From: Eledone cirrhosa
Lineage: Eukaryota
Direction: 5' to 3'
Length of the DNA: 64,000 nucleotides
Assembly: GCA_964016885.1 (NCBI GenBank)
Contig: OZ024748.1
Location: 16,306,001 to 16,370,000 of the forward strand
Shown: one piece after another, positions 12,070-26,524 of the stretch
How positions within the stretch are numbered: the first letter of the stretch is position 1
Layout: the number at the start of each line of letters is the position of its first letter
The notes under the pieces: model-generated
Told to the model about the DNA's origin: nothing
The model's database searches: none
The model's input: only the letters and a program-made list of their open reading frames with translations
Translations under genes and position numbers: made by a program

Positions 12070-13466
12070 AGATGCTGTCATAGTGTTGTTTGGGGATAAG
12101 AATGTCTTGCTAACGTGATTTCATCTGGTTTGTTAATTCAAATGTTTATAGTATCTTTACTAGTGGTCAGATTGTGAAAATTTAGAGTAATCTAAATTTA
12201 CGATGTTAATTCCTCAATTATACTGCTGTTCTGAACTTGTTAAGAGTGTCTTGCAAATGTGGTTCAATGTGGTTTGTTAATTCAAATGTGTATTGTATCT
12301 ATACAAGTAAACAGATCATTGTGAAGATTTACAGTAAACTAAAGTTATGATATAAATTTCTTAATGTGATGCAACCATAGTGTTTTGGAATTTTCCAGAA
12401 CATTCATGTAATGTGATTTCATGTGATTCAATTCGTTAAGAGTTAATTTAACCCTTTAACATTTAAACTGGCTGTTTTGAAATTTTCAAAAACATCTAGC
12501 TAATCTGGTTTAACCCTTTAGCATTTAAACTGGCCGTAGCCGTCTAGAATTCTCTCACTTCTTTCTGTTCAAACTGGCTATAACTGGCCCCTCATACGGA
12601 CTTTAAGGTATTGTTCTCAAAATCTCATAGATTCCATACTATGTGATATAATTATGTGAGGCAAAGCATTTTCTGTGAAAATACAATAGTATATATAGAG
12701 TAATGTGAATGCTAAAGGCTTAATCCTTTGGCATTTAAATCGGCTGTATCTGGGCAGCACTCCCTCACCCCTTTCTGTTCAAATAGGCTGTAAATAAATA
12801 ATATCAAAATCTCATAAATTCGATATTACACGAGATAAAGCCTTTACTGTGAAAATACAATAGTATATATATAGAGTAATGTAAATGCTAAAGGGTTAAT
12901 GTTGCTTGTTAATTCAAATATTTATTGTATCTTTACAAGTGAACAGTAAACTAAAGTTGTGACATTAACTTCTCAATGTGATGCAACCATATTGTAGTTT
13001 CGGACTGTTCCATAACATTTATGTAATGTGGTTTCATGTGATTCAGTTCGTTAAGAGTTTAGTTAAACCTTTAGCATTTAAACTGGTTTTTCTGACCAGA
13101 ATTCACTCACCTCTTTCTGTTCAAACCGACTGTAACTAGCCACTCATACTAATGTTAAGGTATTGTTCTCAAAACAAATAATATCAAAATCTCATAGATT
13201 CAATATTATGGGAGAAAGCCTTTACAATAATATGTATAGAGTAATGTAAATACTAAAGGGTTAATGTTTGTTAATTCAAATGTTTATTGTATCTTTACAA
13301 GTGAACGGATGATTGTGAATATTTTACAGTAAAGTTATGACATTAACTTCTCAATGTGATGCAAGTATATTGTTGTATTCGACTTTACAAGAACCTCCAA
13401 CTAATGTGGCTTCATATGATTCAGTTCGTTAAGAGTTAATTTAAACTAACAGTGAAATCTTTCAAA
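12070..13466 (+). repeat. Composite tandem duplication: about 150-bp unit interleaved with piggyBac-type MITEs
   Basis: Recurring TTGTTAATTCAAATGTTTATTGTATCTTTACAAGT...GTGATGCAACCATA units, with MITEs at 12510-12723, 12720-12899 and 13063-13264. Confidence 0.75.
12510..12899 (+). mobile_element. Two tandem piggyBac-type MITEs (family 1) sharing one TTAA
   Basis: TTAA-CCCTTTAGCATTTA...AATGCTAAAGGC-TTAA-TCCTTTGGCATTTA...TAAATGCTAAAGGG-TTAA. TTAA TSD and CCC/GGG termini are piggyBac hallmarks. Confidence 0.8.
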
Positions 13467-13593
13467 TGAAGATGCAAGTAACATGAAACTAGCTGTAAAC
13501 AAAACATATATAATATATTATAGAATATAGATTCACAAAAACATCTTTTGGCATATACAGAAAATATAAATTAAAAAGTAATTACACATTTAC

Positions 13594-13646
13594 CTTTTCC
13601 AATTTCTCATTATGTCTCCATAATGGACGAAAGTAAATGGAACTTT
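13594..13646 (-). CDS. Candidate 53-nt internal exon, product unknown
   Basis: tttattctcag|AAAG...GAAAAG|gtaaat in non-repetitive DNA; two open frames (SSIYFRPLWRHNEKLEK or KVPFTFVHYGDIMRNWK). Confidence 0.3.
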
Positions 13647-13774
13647 CTGAGAATAAATGATGTTTCTTTTAAAATATTTGTTTCATTTTTTTTAGTTATT
13701 TTTATTTTTGTGTAATGCTTAACTGAAAATAATTAAGATTATTTTTCTTTCAAGATATTTCTTTGCATGATATA

Positions 13775-13805
<31 letters not shown>

Positions 13806-13817
13806 GTATATATATAT

Positions 13818-14188
13818 GGAGGTACATGGCTTAGTGGTTAGACGATAGGCCTTGCAATCGAAAGGCTGTGAGTTCAATTCTCAGACCGAGTGATGTGTTG
13901 TTTCTTGAGCAAGACACTTTATTTCACATGCTCCAGTTTACTCAGCTTAGAAATGAGATGATAGGTCCCTATCATTCCACTGCAAGTGGTCATGGAAGTG
14001 CCATGGCAAAAAAGCACCCAGCCCTCACTGTAAAGTGGACGTGTAGGCGCCACGGAAAAAAAGCACCCACCACCCACTGTAAATGGGGTTGGTGTTAGGA
14101 AGGGCATCCAGCTGTAGAAATCGAGCCAGAATCAGTTCCCGTACCACCCTTGAGAGCAGGGAAAGCGACGTAGGCTTATGATGATGAT
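13818..14188 (+). mobile_element. SINE family A with internal duplication
   Basis: Same head, core and tail; the GCCACGG...AAAAAAGCACCC..CACTGTAAA module is present twice. Confidence 0.85.
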
Positions 14189-14355
14189 ATATATGTTATA
14201 TATTAAATATGTATATATATAATATATTATGTATATAATATATATGTATATATATGTATATATATATATATATGTATATATATGTATATATATATAATAT
14301 ATATATGTATATATATGTATGTATAATATATATAATATATATATATATATATGTA

Positions 14356-14400
<45 letters not shown>

Positions 14401-14409
14401 CATATATAC

Positions 14410-14442
<33 letters not shown>

Positions 14443-14473
14443 CATATATATATGTAGTACATATATATATATA

Positions 14474-14760
14474 CGGCACAATTATTTCACCTCAATCGGC
14501 CTGCTCTCTTCAACATCACACCAGGACACGTCAAAACAGAAAATGACCACACAAAATTCAAGAAGACTTTGGACAAATTCCTCCAAGTAATCCCGGACAA
14601 ACCACCCACACCCGGATATGTCTCCGCAAACAGTAATTCTCTTCTCGAATAGGCCATGGTGCCCAAATCCTGAATTGAAGACTTCGCCAGGTGGTGCTAT
14701 TAAGTTAGACATGGCCTGGGCCAATACTGGCCAAAACATTTCAAAGTTATTCAAAGTTAT
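14474..14760 (+). mobile_element. CR1/L2-like LINE 3' end fragment inserted in (TA)n
   Basis: Reads (H)[57 protein letters not shown] (one frameshift), then a short 3' UTR with repeated TTCAAAGTTA. Confidence 0.65.
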
Positions 14761-14927
14761 ATGTATATACATATATATATATATGTACATATATATGTAT
14801 ATACATATATATATAATATGTATATATATATATATACATATATATATGTATATACTTATATATATGTATATACATATATATATATGTATATACATATATT
14901 ATATATGTATATACATATATATATATG

Positions 14928-14980
<53 letters not shown>

Positions 14981-15262
14981 ATGTATATACATATACATAA
15001 TATGTATATACATATATATATGATATATATATATATATGTATATATATATATGTATGTATATGTATATACATATATATATATGTATATATATGTATATAC
15101 ATATATATATATGTATATATATGTATCTATATATATATATATGTATATATATATATGTATATATAAATATATATATCTGTATGTAATATATATGTATGTA
15201 TATATTATGTATGTATATATATATGTATGTATATATATATATATGTATATTATATATATATG

Positions 15263-15293
<31 letters not shown>

Positions 15294-15369
15294 GTATGTA
15301 ATATATATATGTATATATATATGTATGTATATATATATATGTATATATATATATGTATATATATATATG

Positions 15370-15403
<34 letters not shown>

Positions 15404-15419
15404 TATGTATATTTATATG

Positions 15420-15450
<31 letters not shown>

Positions 15451-15770
15451 GTATATATTATGTATATATATATATATGTATATATATATGTATATATATA
15501 TATGTATATATATATGTATATATATATATGTATATATATATATGTATATATATATGTATATATATATATGTATATATATATGTACATATATATTATATAT
15601 ATATGTATATATATATGTATATATGTATATATATATATGTATATATATATATATGTATATATGTATATATATATATATATATGTGTGTATATATATGTAT
15701 ATATTACATATATATATATGTATAAATATATATATGTATTATATATGTATATATATGTATATATATATAT
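14761..15770. repeat. Degenerate (TA)n/(TATATG)n microsatellite tract
   Basis: About 1 kb of TA interrupted by G or C. Similar tracts at about 23675-24600, 29500-30390, 30720-32190, 46575-47115, 50670-51135, 57440-58070, 58200-59748 and 60313-61520. Confidence 0.95.
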
Positions 15771-16072
15771 TGTTATACTTTGGGAGGGTCCTGTTGCCAA
15801 TAAGAAACACACGCATATATGTTGATTTAAAACTGCACTATCCAAAAGTGTTTTTAACCTTCATATCATGTCTTCCTATTTTATCTGATGAAACACAAAT
15901 ATTATTGCATGATGATATTTGTTTTTGAAATGCGCATAATAAAATACATGGATCTCATTTAACCATCTTTTGATCTTATATATTATGTATACTCCAGTCC
16001 TACAAACTGTAGAGTGCTTCTTATCCGATATCTGCATTGCTTTATTGTACTACAATAAAACTCACCTCCTAC
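15768..16072. mobile_element. Single-arm copy of the 807-1223 fold-back family
   Basis: ATGTTGATTTAAAACTGCACTATC...AAAACTCACCTCCTACA aligns to 807-1223 with scattered substitutions; (TA)n flanks. Confidence 0.8.
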
Positions 16073-16656
16073 ATATATATATGTATATATATATATGTAT
16101 ATATATATATATGTGCACATACATACATACATACATACATACATACACACACATATAAACAGATAAACACACATACATACACATACAAACACACATACCA
16201 GATATAATATATATAATTCTTAAATGATATACAGACACATCGAAATGCTAATGAGTTTCAAATTTTGGGGGAGGTGGTGTGTTAAATTAGGGGTGTGTTA
16301 GGGATGTTTTGTTTTGGGGGCAATTGAAACATTTTGACCTAAATTCTAAAAGCAATACATATATCAAGTTAGTTGATATATCAATAGATAATTTCCATTT
16401 TGAATCTTCCAAACTAATCACAACTATTTCCTAGCAGATTAAATAATTTTAGCATGAAGTATACAATTAGTTGATGCTTAATATCCTCATTACATACTGA
16501 ACAGTTTTGTTTTTTTCTGTTGAAATTGATGCAAGTTTTGTTTTCTGTTTTTCCTTTTTTATATTTTTTTACGCAAGTAAAGATTAGTTTGATTTCACTT
16601 ATCTATACAAGTGTGTGTATATATGAATGTATGTATGTGTGTGTGTATATGCGTGT

Positions 16657-16688
<32 letters not shown>

Positions 16689-16722
16689 GTGTGTCTGCGT
16701 GTGTATGTATATATATATATAT

Positions 16723-17048
16723 GGAGGCACATGGCTTAGTGGTTAGAGCATTGGCCTTGCAATAGAAAGGTTGAGAGTTCAATTCTCAGACCGGGCGACG
16801 TGTTGTTTTTTTGAGCAAGACACTTTATTTCACATTGCTCCAGTTTACTCAGTTGTAGAAATGAGATGATAGGGACTGGGGTCCCTATCATTCCACTGCA
16901 AAGTGGTCATGGAGGTGCCACGGCAAAAAAGCACCCAGCACTCACCGTAAATGAGGTTGGTGTTAGGAAGGGCATCCAAGCCAAAATCAGTTCCCGTCTC
17001 ACCCTTGCAAGCAGGGAAAAAGTGGACGTAAAATGAAATGATGATGAT
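16723..17048 (+). mobile_element. SINE family A
   Basis: Near-full-length match to the 10879-11252 family. Confidence 0.9.
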
Positions 17049-18177
17049 GTGTCTGTAAAATGATGATGATGATGATATATGTGTCTATGTGTGTATGTAT
17101 ATATGTATGTATATCATCATCATCATTTAATGAATATTTTCCACACTAGCATGGATTAGACAGATTGTCTCAATTGAGGCAAATCATGTCAAAAACTGCT
17201 TCTGACTTAGTTTCTACAGCTTGATGCCCTTCCTAACACCACCCAGATTACAGTGAGGGCTAGGTGCTTTTTGTGGTGACACCTACATGACCACTTTACA
17301 TGTGTGTGTCTGTCTCTCTTCTTTCCTCTTCTCACTTTCTATCTTTCTATTATTTTTTTATTTCTCATTCTATCTTCTAATAAAGGACTAGTGTCCGATA
17401 TGTAAAGGTCTTTTCCTACTATATCAAGTAGTTAATTAAACATTTTTTTCATTGTATTGTCTTGTTTACTTTGTTGTTTCACCCCCTCAACAATAGAAAG
17501 AAATGGGCCTAGTAAGCCTATTGAATAATTTGGCTCTCCCCAGGATCCAAATATTTCCCATTTGAGAATCGATGTTGTAGCATGTCTAAAATAGACATTG
17601 GTGTTGTTATAACCTAGCAATATGTTAATAGCTGCTTGATAACTATGAGTAAATCATAAAGACAGTTATTAGTAAATCTCATAATTAAGACTGGTAGCTA
17701 TTACTTCCACACTTCCATTGCTGCACTTTCTTCATCAGTTTAGAACAATGAAAATCTCAACATAAACAGTCTTGAACAAGTGAAGAAACCCTATTAATGT
17801 ATCAAACTCATGATATGCTGTCAACTCCCTCCAAGTGAAGAGATATCCATGCATCCATTTGAAAATGTTAACACTTCAAACTGTACGGAATAATAATTTA
17901 TGTATCACGACAGTCATTGATATCTTAATTATTATAAATTCAATACCTTTACCTAAATTGTTATCATACCTAGTCAAATGATGAATAATCTGAACCCTTT
18001 TCTTACCATATCTCTAATACACTGCCAATAAATTTCAAATCAACTTCAAAATAATGAAGAATTTAGAAGGATTTAGTAAAATAACTAACTTGCTCATTAT
18101 TAAGCTGGTATTTTTGGAACATAACAAAAGTCTCTACTTAAACTTGTGGTGGAATATTCTAGATAACTATAAACAAT

Positions 18178-18391
18178 TTAACCCTTTTGTTACCAAATTT
18201 ATGATGAAACGCACAGCTTATGAACAGATTTAACAATATAACATCCTTATTATTGAGCTGGTGTTTGGAATGTATGGTTTACATAAAATTCTGATGGAAG
18301 GTTTTAAAATAAATATGAACACTTCAAAATAAACAGTTTTGTATCAGAAAATCAGGGGTGCTTTCAGGTGGTTTGGTATCAAAAGGGTTAA
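18178..18391 (+). mobile_element. piggyBac-type MITE family 2
   Basis: TTAA-CCCTTTTGTTACCAAA...TTTGGTATCAAAAGGG-TTAA; degenerate tandem neighbours at 17992-18178 and 18392-18505, and another copy at 27127-27383. Confidence 0.75.
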
Positions 18392-18724
18392 ATTCATAAA
18401 TGTTCTTACATAAAATTATGATGGAAGGTTTACACTTTAAGCTAAACAGCTTTATATCATAGATCAAAGGACTAGCTTCAGGCAGTTTGGTTTTAAAACA
18501 GTTATCATATTAACATAGTTACTGTTTTAGTTATCTGTATTGTCATATAGGTTGTTGCTGTGTGGCTCCATGCCAGCCCGAACAAATCTATGATAAAAGA
18601 CTTTCAAGCCATGAGCATTGCATCTTTTCTTAAAGACTATAAAGTGTGGGTTGAGAGAAGATATTCTGTTGGCATTTCTACCAAATCAAGTGACTACATA
18701 GAGACTCTCACATTGGTTCATAGA

Positions 18725-18771
<47 letters not shown>

Positions 18772-19394
18772 TTTGAGTGACTTCCATCTGTCTGCCTGTA
18801 TAGGTTTGTGTGAATGTATGTGTGTTTGTGTAAATGTATGTGTGTTTGTGTAAATGTATGTCTGTGTGTGTGTTTGTGGGAACGTGTGTGTTTGTGTGAC
18901 TGCATGTGTATTTGTGTGAATGTATGTCTGTGAGTGTGTATTTTTGTAAGTGTGTCTGTGTTTGCACATTTATATTTATATACTCATACATATAAATGTA
19001 TGCATATGCACATACATATATATATACACATATGCGTCAGTGTGTTGAAAACAATTCTAGTTATATAAAAATGACTAAATCAGCAAGATCCCAGACCTCA
19101 TTCACTTACCAAGTGGGGTGGAGCTTGTAAAATCGAACTAAGGGTGAAAATGTTTCCATTGGTCTTTCCATTGCTGATGCTATCTACTGGTTGCAACTCC
19201 TTATCATCCATTGGAAGAATAAAAGGCAAAGTTGATCTCAATCTCAACCAGGTTTGAACTCTGAACACTGAGCTTTGCGACAGATACAGTAAAGCATTCT
19301 ATTCTTCTGATATTTTATTTATTAACCTGGGTTTGAACTCTGAGTGAGCAGTGAGAGTGAGAACAAATATAGAAAGATATTCTATCTGACATAC

Positions 19395-19730
19395 TAAGGG
19401 TAAAGAACCACTTCGGTCACAAATGACCATGGGATTTACACCTAGAAAGTTCCTCTCCGAGGTACAAGTCCAGGCAAGGTTGTTTGAGGAAGTCCAGCAG
19501 TTGCCCATGTATACCAGTCTCCCTTCTCCATGCCACTGATGTTGTCCAAGGGAAAGGGCAATGGCCAATACAGCTTGGCTCCAGTGATGTTGCAACTCAT
19601 TTCTACAGCTGAGTCAACTGGAGCAACGTGACATAAAGTGTCTTGCTTAAGAACACAACACAAAGCCTGGTCTGAGAATTGAACCCACAACCTCACAATT
19701 GTAAGCCCGACACTCTACCCATTAAACCAC
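19395..19730 (-). mobile_element. Older CORE-like SINE with a different 3' tail
   Basis: Shares ...AAGCAAGACACTTTATGTCACGTTGCTCCAGTTGACTCAGCTGTAGAAATGAG with family A, then diverges. Confidence 0.7.
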
Positions 19731-20645
19731 AGCTCTACCAATTCTCCACTGTTTATTATAAACAAGCCAACCACAGCAATATTTTAATACATAATGTAAA
19801 ATGATGTGATTCTGAACTGCATGGATATCTCTTATTTATACTGGCTCTGTGAAAAATTCAACAAAAGGAGATTTCAATATATAAATCCTTCAACCTTTTT
19901 CATTCTTCTTAATAAATTGAATAATTAAAATATTATGTGATGTTACATATCTGCTAGAAGGGTTTGCTAAGAACATGATAATTAAAACAATAATTTCATT
20001 TCCCATTACTGTGATGGGTAAATATATTTATGATATTTAAAAAATATAAGGCATATCTTTATATCAAAGTGAAAAAAGGTTTGGATGAAAATGTGTATAA
20101 TATATACACTGCCTCTGACCCATCTGAAAAGTCAGTGGCTCTCACATATGAACCCTTGCTAGAAGGATAAATAGACGTTAAAGGAAGTTATATGTATATA
20201 CATATATATATATGAAAAGATTCAGGAACTCGATAGCTGAGCTCCAGACGTTTCGACAGCTAGATCTAAATTCAGCCATGATACAGCATATTTAAGCCTG
20301 GTATAGCCCATCTCTCTCTACGCCTGACTACAGCAGATTTCTTCCAGAGAAATATAGAAAGTGGGAGAGAGGAAATGAGAAAGAGATATAGAGGAAGAAC
20401 CCATGCCAGTACTAGACTGGTACTTTTTTTATCGACCTCGAAAGGACGAAAAGTTGACCTCAGTAGTATCTGAACTCAGAAAGCAAAGCAGAGAGCCAGA
20501 AGAAAATACCATAAAGCATTCTATCTGATGTTCTAATGACTCTGCCAAGTCACCATCTCACCACACAAGTACAACTTCTAAATATATAAATAGTGACAAG
20601 TAAGTATGTTTTGAAACAGTGAGCAGGTTTGAAATTAGAAAATAG

Positions 20646-20827
20646 AATAGCTTTCACCGTATTTTTGACTAAAGAAATTTTAGCCTGATAATGGGGTTTA
20701 GAACCCTCAGATAAATGGAAAAAGATGAGTATTGACGTCAATACTCATCTTTTTCCATTTATTTGAGGGTTCTAAACCCCATTATCAGGCTAAAATTTCT
20801 TTAGTCAAAAATACGGTGGAAGCTATT
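20646..20827. repeat. 182-bp spacerless palindrome
   Basis: Centre at 20736/20737 (TATTGAC|GTCAATA); 91-bp arms with two mismatches. Confidence 0.9.
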
Positions 20828-21169
20828 ATATAAATAGTGATTTTACAAATTGCAGAATTTACTGTTATTTAGAAATTAGTTTTGACTAAGAATTAGAAAA
20901 AAAACAAAAACAAGAAATAATTAAGTAAAAATTCAAATTATTAAATTATAAAATAAGACTGATAAATATTTTGAACTGTAAATAATATAATGAAAAGTAA
21001 TTAAAAAATTTAAGGAAAATATAAAATTCATTTTAATCACACACATGTTACAAGATCTTGTATAGAATTACAATAACTTAAAGATACTCAACTGAATAAC
21101 AACAACAACATAACTGAACAAAGAAGTTTCCATTACTTTGAGACTAAAGTGGCAAATCAATAAGACTTC

Positions 21170-21382
21170 TGCTGCTACTGCTACTACTGTTACTACTACC
21201 ATTACTACTACTACCAGCACCACCGTCCTTAATACTACTACTACCATCACCGCCACCACCACTACTAATACTACCATCACCACCACCACCACTACTAATA
21301 CTACCACCACCACCAACATCACCATCACCGCTACTACTACCACCATCACCACCACCACTACTACTAATACTACTACAACAAC
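21170..21382. repeat. (ACT/ACC)n trinucleotide low-complexity tract
   Basis: Mixed ACT/ACC/ATC triplets; the poly-Thr and poly-Val ORFs are by-products. Confidence 0.85.
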
Positions 21383-21667
21383 TCTTATATTGTAAATAAA
21401 CTGAAAAAAGTCAATTTGAATTGCAGTTTATTCGAAAAAAAATTGCTAAAAACATTGCAAGGAAATGATTGATGTGAAATAAAATTGCGAAAAATATATA
21501 AATAAATGTATACATAAATAATACTAATAATAATTTCTTGTGTGATAATATATATATATGTATACACAGGTGAAACTCCAAAGTAACAAGACTCAACACA
21601 TTGCCAATAAGTGAATATTTAAACTCTACTTTGGTATTGAGTACTTTTTGTCATGTCCACCAATAAT

Positions 21668-21698
<31 letters not shown>

Positions 21699-22254
21699 AA
21701 CAATCAGTTATATGGTTTGTTGATTATTCAACAATTTAATTTTACAATAGATTAGAAGCACTCAACAGTTTTATATGGAGTATCATAAATATGGTTTTAT
21801 AAAGATATTTTCCATTTATTAATATTATTAATATATATATATAATATATATATATTATAGGTTTCCTGGTGAAGTGTAATAGATGATTAAGTATTGCATA
21901 TGATTGAACAATAGATACTGTAATCAGCATATGTAGACTAAATAATAGACACAGAAACATATGTTAAAGCAAACAAATTCCTATTCTCCTCCACACCGAT
22001 GTTTTATTATTCTTGGTGCAATATTTGCTTATATATATATATGTTTGTGTATATATATATATCAGGAATAAATCAGTATTAAACTAGTTAGACCATTATT
22101 CAACAGAGTACTTGATAAATGGGATAGTAGTGTGTGAAGACAAAACAAATTGTCAGGGTCCAACATCTGAACTCTTACCATTTCAACTAGCTATTGAAAC
22201 AGTAAGAACTCAGCTGTTGGACCTTGACTCTTTCTTATATATATATGTATATAA

Positions 22255-22322
<68 letters not shown>

Positions 22323-22669
22323 GCTTCCATGCGAGTGAGATATGGTCTCCCGACCATTCCCGCATCAAATGGAACAACACTGTCTAACCCATGCTAGAAT
22401 GGAAGATGGACGTTAAACGATGATGATGATATATATATATATCAAATGTCAGTTGAACCTAGGAAACCATGGTTTCATTGGTAAGTCTTTGCATGACCAA
22501 TACTATTTGATGGTTGTAATTCCTATATTACAAATACATAGTAATTACCCAGTAAAACACATACTTTTATATTTATATATTTATATCTCAAATATTAGTT
22601 TGAATCAGAGAAACTACATTTCCATTGGTCGGTCTTTACATTTCTAGTAATATCTGTTGGTTACAGCTC

Positions 22670-23010
22670 CTATAGTAGTCCTCAAACACACCTTCCAGTG
22701 AGTACTGTCAGAAGCAACTGTCTCAAATTGATCAGCCTGGATTCCCTAGCAAGACCAGCCAAGCTCATGGGTGTTTTATCCAACCATCTTGATCAAAGCC
22801 TACCCCTTTATCTCCGACTGGTTGGCTTTGCCCATAAAATCTGTCGAGCGATTCTTTCCTGAGACATTCTAACCATATGCCCATAATATCAGAGCTGTGA
22901 TCTCTAAATTTGGAGAAGTGGTTCTACCTGAGTTAACTCTCTGATCTCCAAGCTACACACAACATTGAATAAAATTACTCCAAAGACCCTTCGGAGGAAT
23001 CCCATTCCAG
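22670..23010 (-). mobile_element. Decayed RTE-like LINE 3' fragment (second RTE family)
   Basis: Homologous to + strand copies at about 25340-25655, 26850-27126, 46330-46475 and 62500-62740, several ending in a (GAA)n tail; 26918-26985 reads KQVEKFKYLGAVF. Confidence 0.6.
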
Positions 23011-23531
23011 CGTAAATTTAGAATTATGCAGGAGCGCTCAACAGCTGTTTTAGTTATTTCAGAAATGGGTTGTATATTTCTAGAAATATGATGAGGTCAG
23101 AAGGTCTGTAAACTTTAAATTTTTCCCAAAAACTGTGAGTCCTTATCAAAGATGTGTTTAATTAGAGAATGTATGTATGTGTGTGCGTGAATGCATGTAT
23201 ATATGTGTGTATTATATGTATATGTTCATCTATGTAAATAGATGTAAATATATATGAATCTATGTAAATAAGGTCTGTGATAAAATAATGACATACTTTG
23301 TGGGGATAATTGTTAGTTCCATTTAATGAAGGCTCCTTATGTCCTCAAAAACACACTTACCCCAGGGTTTCTTCCACTGTTCAAAGCATGTCTAGAATGC
23401 GTTTTCAGTATGTATATATATATATATATAAATATATATATACGGATGAATATATACAGATACACACACTGGAATCATATGATTCCAGTTCCTCAGAGAA
23501 ATAACACCCCAACCAGGAGCTGAACATAGAG

Positions 23532-23775
<244 letters not shown>

Positions 23776-23994
23776 GTACACATATATATATATATATTCA
23801 TATATATATATATATATGCATATATATATATGCACATATATATATATACATATATATGCACATATATATATATACATATATATGCACATATATATATATA
23901 CATATATATGCACATATATATATATATACATATATATGCACATATATATATATATATACATATATATGCACGTATATATATATATATATATATG

Positions 23995-24036
<42 letters not shown>

Positions 24037-24083
24037 TATATATATATACATATATATACATATATATATACATATATATATAC

Positions 24084-24142
<59 letters not shown>

Positions 24143-24246
24143 ATTTATATATATATATATGCACATGTATATATACATATATATATACATATATATATAT
24201 ATACGTACATACATGCACATGTATATATACATATATATATATATAC

Positions 24247-24281
<35 letters not shown>

Positions 24282-24495
24282 CATACATATATACATATAC
24301 ATACATACATATATATACATACATCATTATCATCATCATTTACCATCCGTTTTCCACGCTAGCATAGGTATATATATACACACACACATATATATATACA
24401 TATATACATACATACATATATATACATATATATTCATACATACACATATATATACATATATATTCATACACACACATATATATACACAAATTCAT

Positions 24496-24588
<93 letters not shown>

Positions 24589-24691
24589 CATGTATACAAA
24601 TATATATATTTTTTAAATATAGAAATGGCTTCTACAGGACTAGAACTGTTTTACTCGAAGGAAATCATTAGGAAAGGCCAGGATACAATTT

Positions 24692-24773
<82 letters not shown>

Positions 24774-25916
24774 CATATTGATTGAACCCGGGATTCACAC
24801 ACACACACGTACATATATATATATATAAGTATGGATATAAATGTCCATATAATGTCTATATAATGTGCATGCATTTGTATACATATACATATCTATACAT
24901 GCATACACATATATACATGAGACCGCATGTGGGTTTGTGTGGGTTTCTATCTGACTCAGCTATTTAACTATCAGTTTCAATGTTGCCAGACTAAAGAGTT
25001 CCAAGTTGTCATCTATGGTTTGTACTTTTGACAATGCCATTTCCTCTCCTTTAGAATTTATGAAATTATACAGTATTCTCTTGAACTTTTACAATTTTTC
25101 ACTATTCATATCGCAGGACAATAGCAACTGAAGAAGAAGAAGGAGAACAACAACAATAACAACAACAAAAAAATACAATGATATTGAATGAAACCTACTG
25201 AAGAAAGAAAACTAAAATTCTGTGAAGTAAAACTCTAAGTTTGTATCTTCTTGTTAATCATTCAAATATTTTATCATGAATAATGTTGTAGCCGAAACTG
25301 AAATGAAGCTAAAATAGATAAATAAATATAATGTTACTCGATAGAATGCCTAGCTCAGAGATCAGAGAGTCACTCCAGGTAGAGCCGCTACTTCTCTGAA
25401 TTGAGAGATCACAGTTCCGATATTATGGCTTGTAGTTAGAATGTCTCAGGAAAGAATTGTAGGATTGATTTTATTATGAGCAAAACCAACCGGCAGGAGA
25501 TCCTGGGGGTAGAGAAAGATAGTTGGATAACATCCATGAACTTGGCTGGTCTTACTTGGGGGTCCAGTCAGATTTATTGGTGATGGTTGCTTCTGACAGG
25601 GGCTGCTGGGATGGAGTGTTTGAGGACTCTACCCCTACGACCCAAGAAGAAGAAGTTAATTAATTAATTAAAAAAGAAATGCAGACCTAAATGAATGAGA
25701 ATCAATCATTTTAAATAAGTGTTCCAGTTGCTTGATCAATTTAACAGTCTGCTCAGGAAATTAACGTGGTTGAACACTCAATTGACATGAGTTGTACTTT
25801 TAATCTCCCTGAGGTTACACGTGACTGTGGAATGCTCAGCCACTCACAAGTTAATCTCACTAGCAGGCAGCTCTGTTGATTGAATCTCACTGAGTGATCT
25901 CTGTCATAAAATGATG

Positions 25917-25957
<41 letters not shown>

Positions 25958-26048
25958 TATATGTATGTATATGTACATATGTATATGTACGTATGTATAT
26001 GTGTATATATATGTGTATATATATATATGTGTGTATATATGTATGTGC

Positions 26049-26097
<49 letters not shown>

Positions 26098-26524
26098 TAT
26101 ATATGAGTGTGTGAACAAATACACAGACACACTATGACACATTATATAATAGAATTTTCCTCACATTTTTATAATCTGCTTTCTCTCTCAATAGTACAAT
26201 ATCAAAGTAGACATTTTTAATAAGCCACTGTTGTAACTAAATATGATATCACATTTCCCCTTAATAATACATCTAAGAAGCTTAGCTAAGATTCTCACTA
26301 ATTGGCTCAGTATTAGTAGCTCGATATACAACAAAGGCTCCAAAGTTTAATATATAATAAATACATGGATACCAGACTCTATGTTTTACTATACAATCAC
26401 TATATATTTGTACAATAGGATGGATTTATAACCTGCAGATAGTACCAGCAATGAAAACATAGATTCCTTGACCAAATTTGATAATCAGCTCTCTTTTCTT
26501 TCTGTACCGATATATTTTACTGAT

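Noticed and set aside
16723-16796. tRNA gene
   Set aside because: A and B boxes are present but the acceptor and anticodon stems pair poorly, and the sequence continues into a multi-copy SINE body.
20733-20740. CRE motif TGACGTCA
   Set aside because: An expected by-product at the centre of a palindrome; no promoter evidence.
21068-21395. Mucin-like poly-Thr or poly-Val ORF
   Set aside because: Simple trinucleotide repeat with no supporting splice or domain context.
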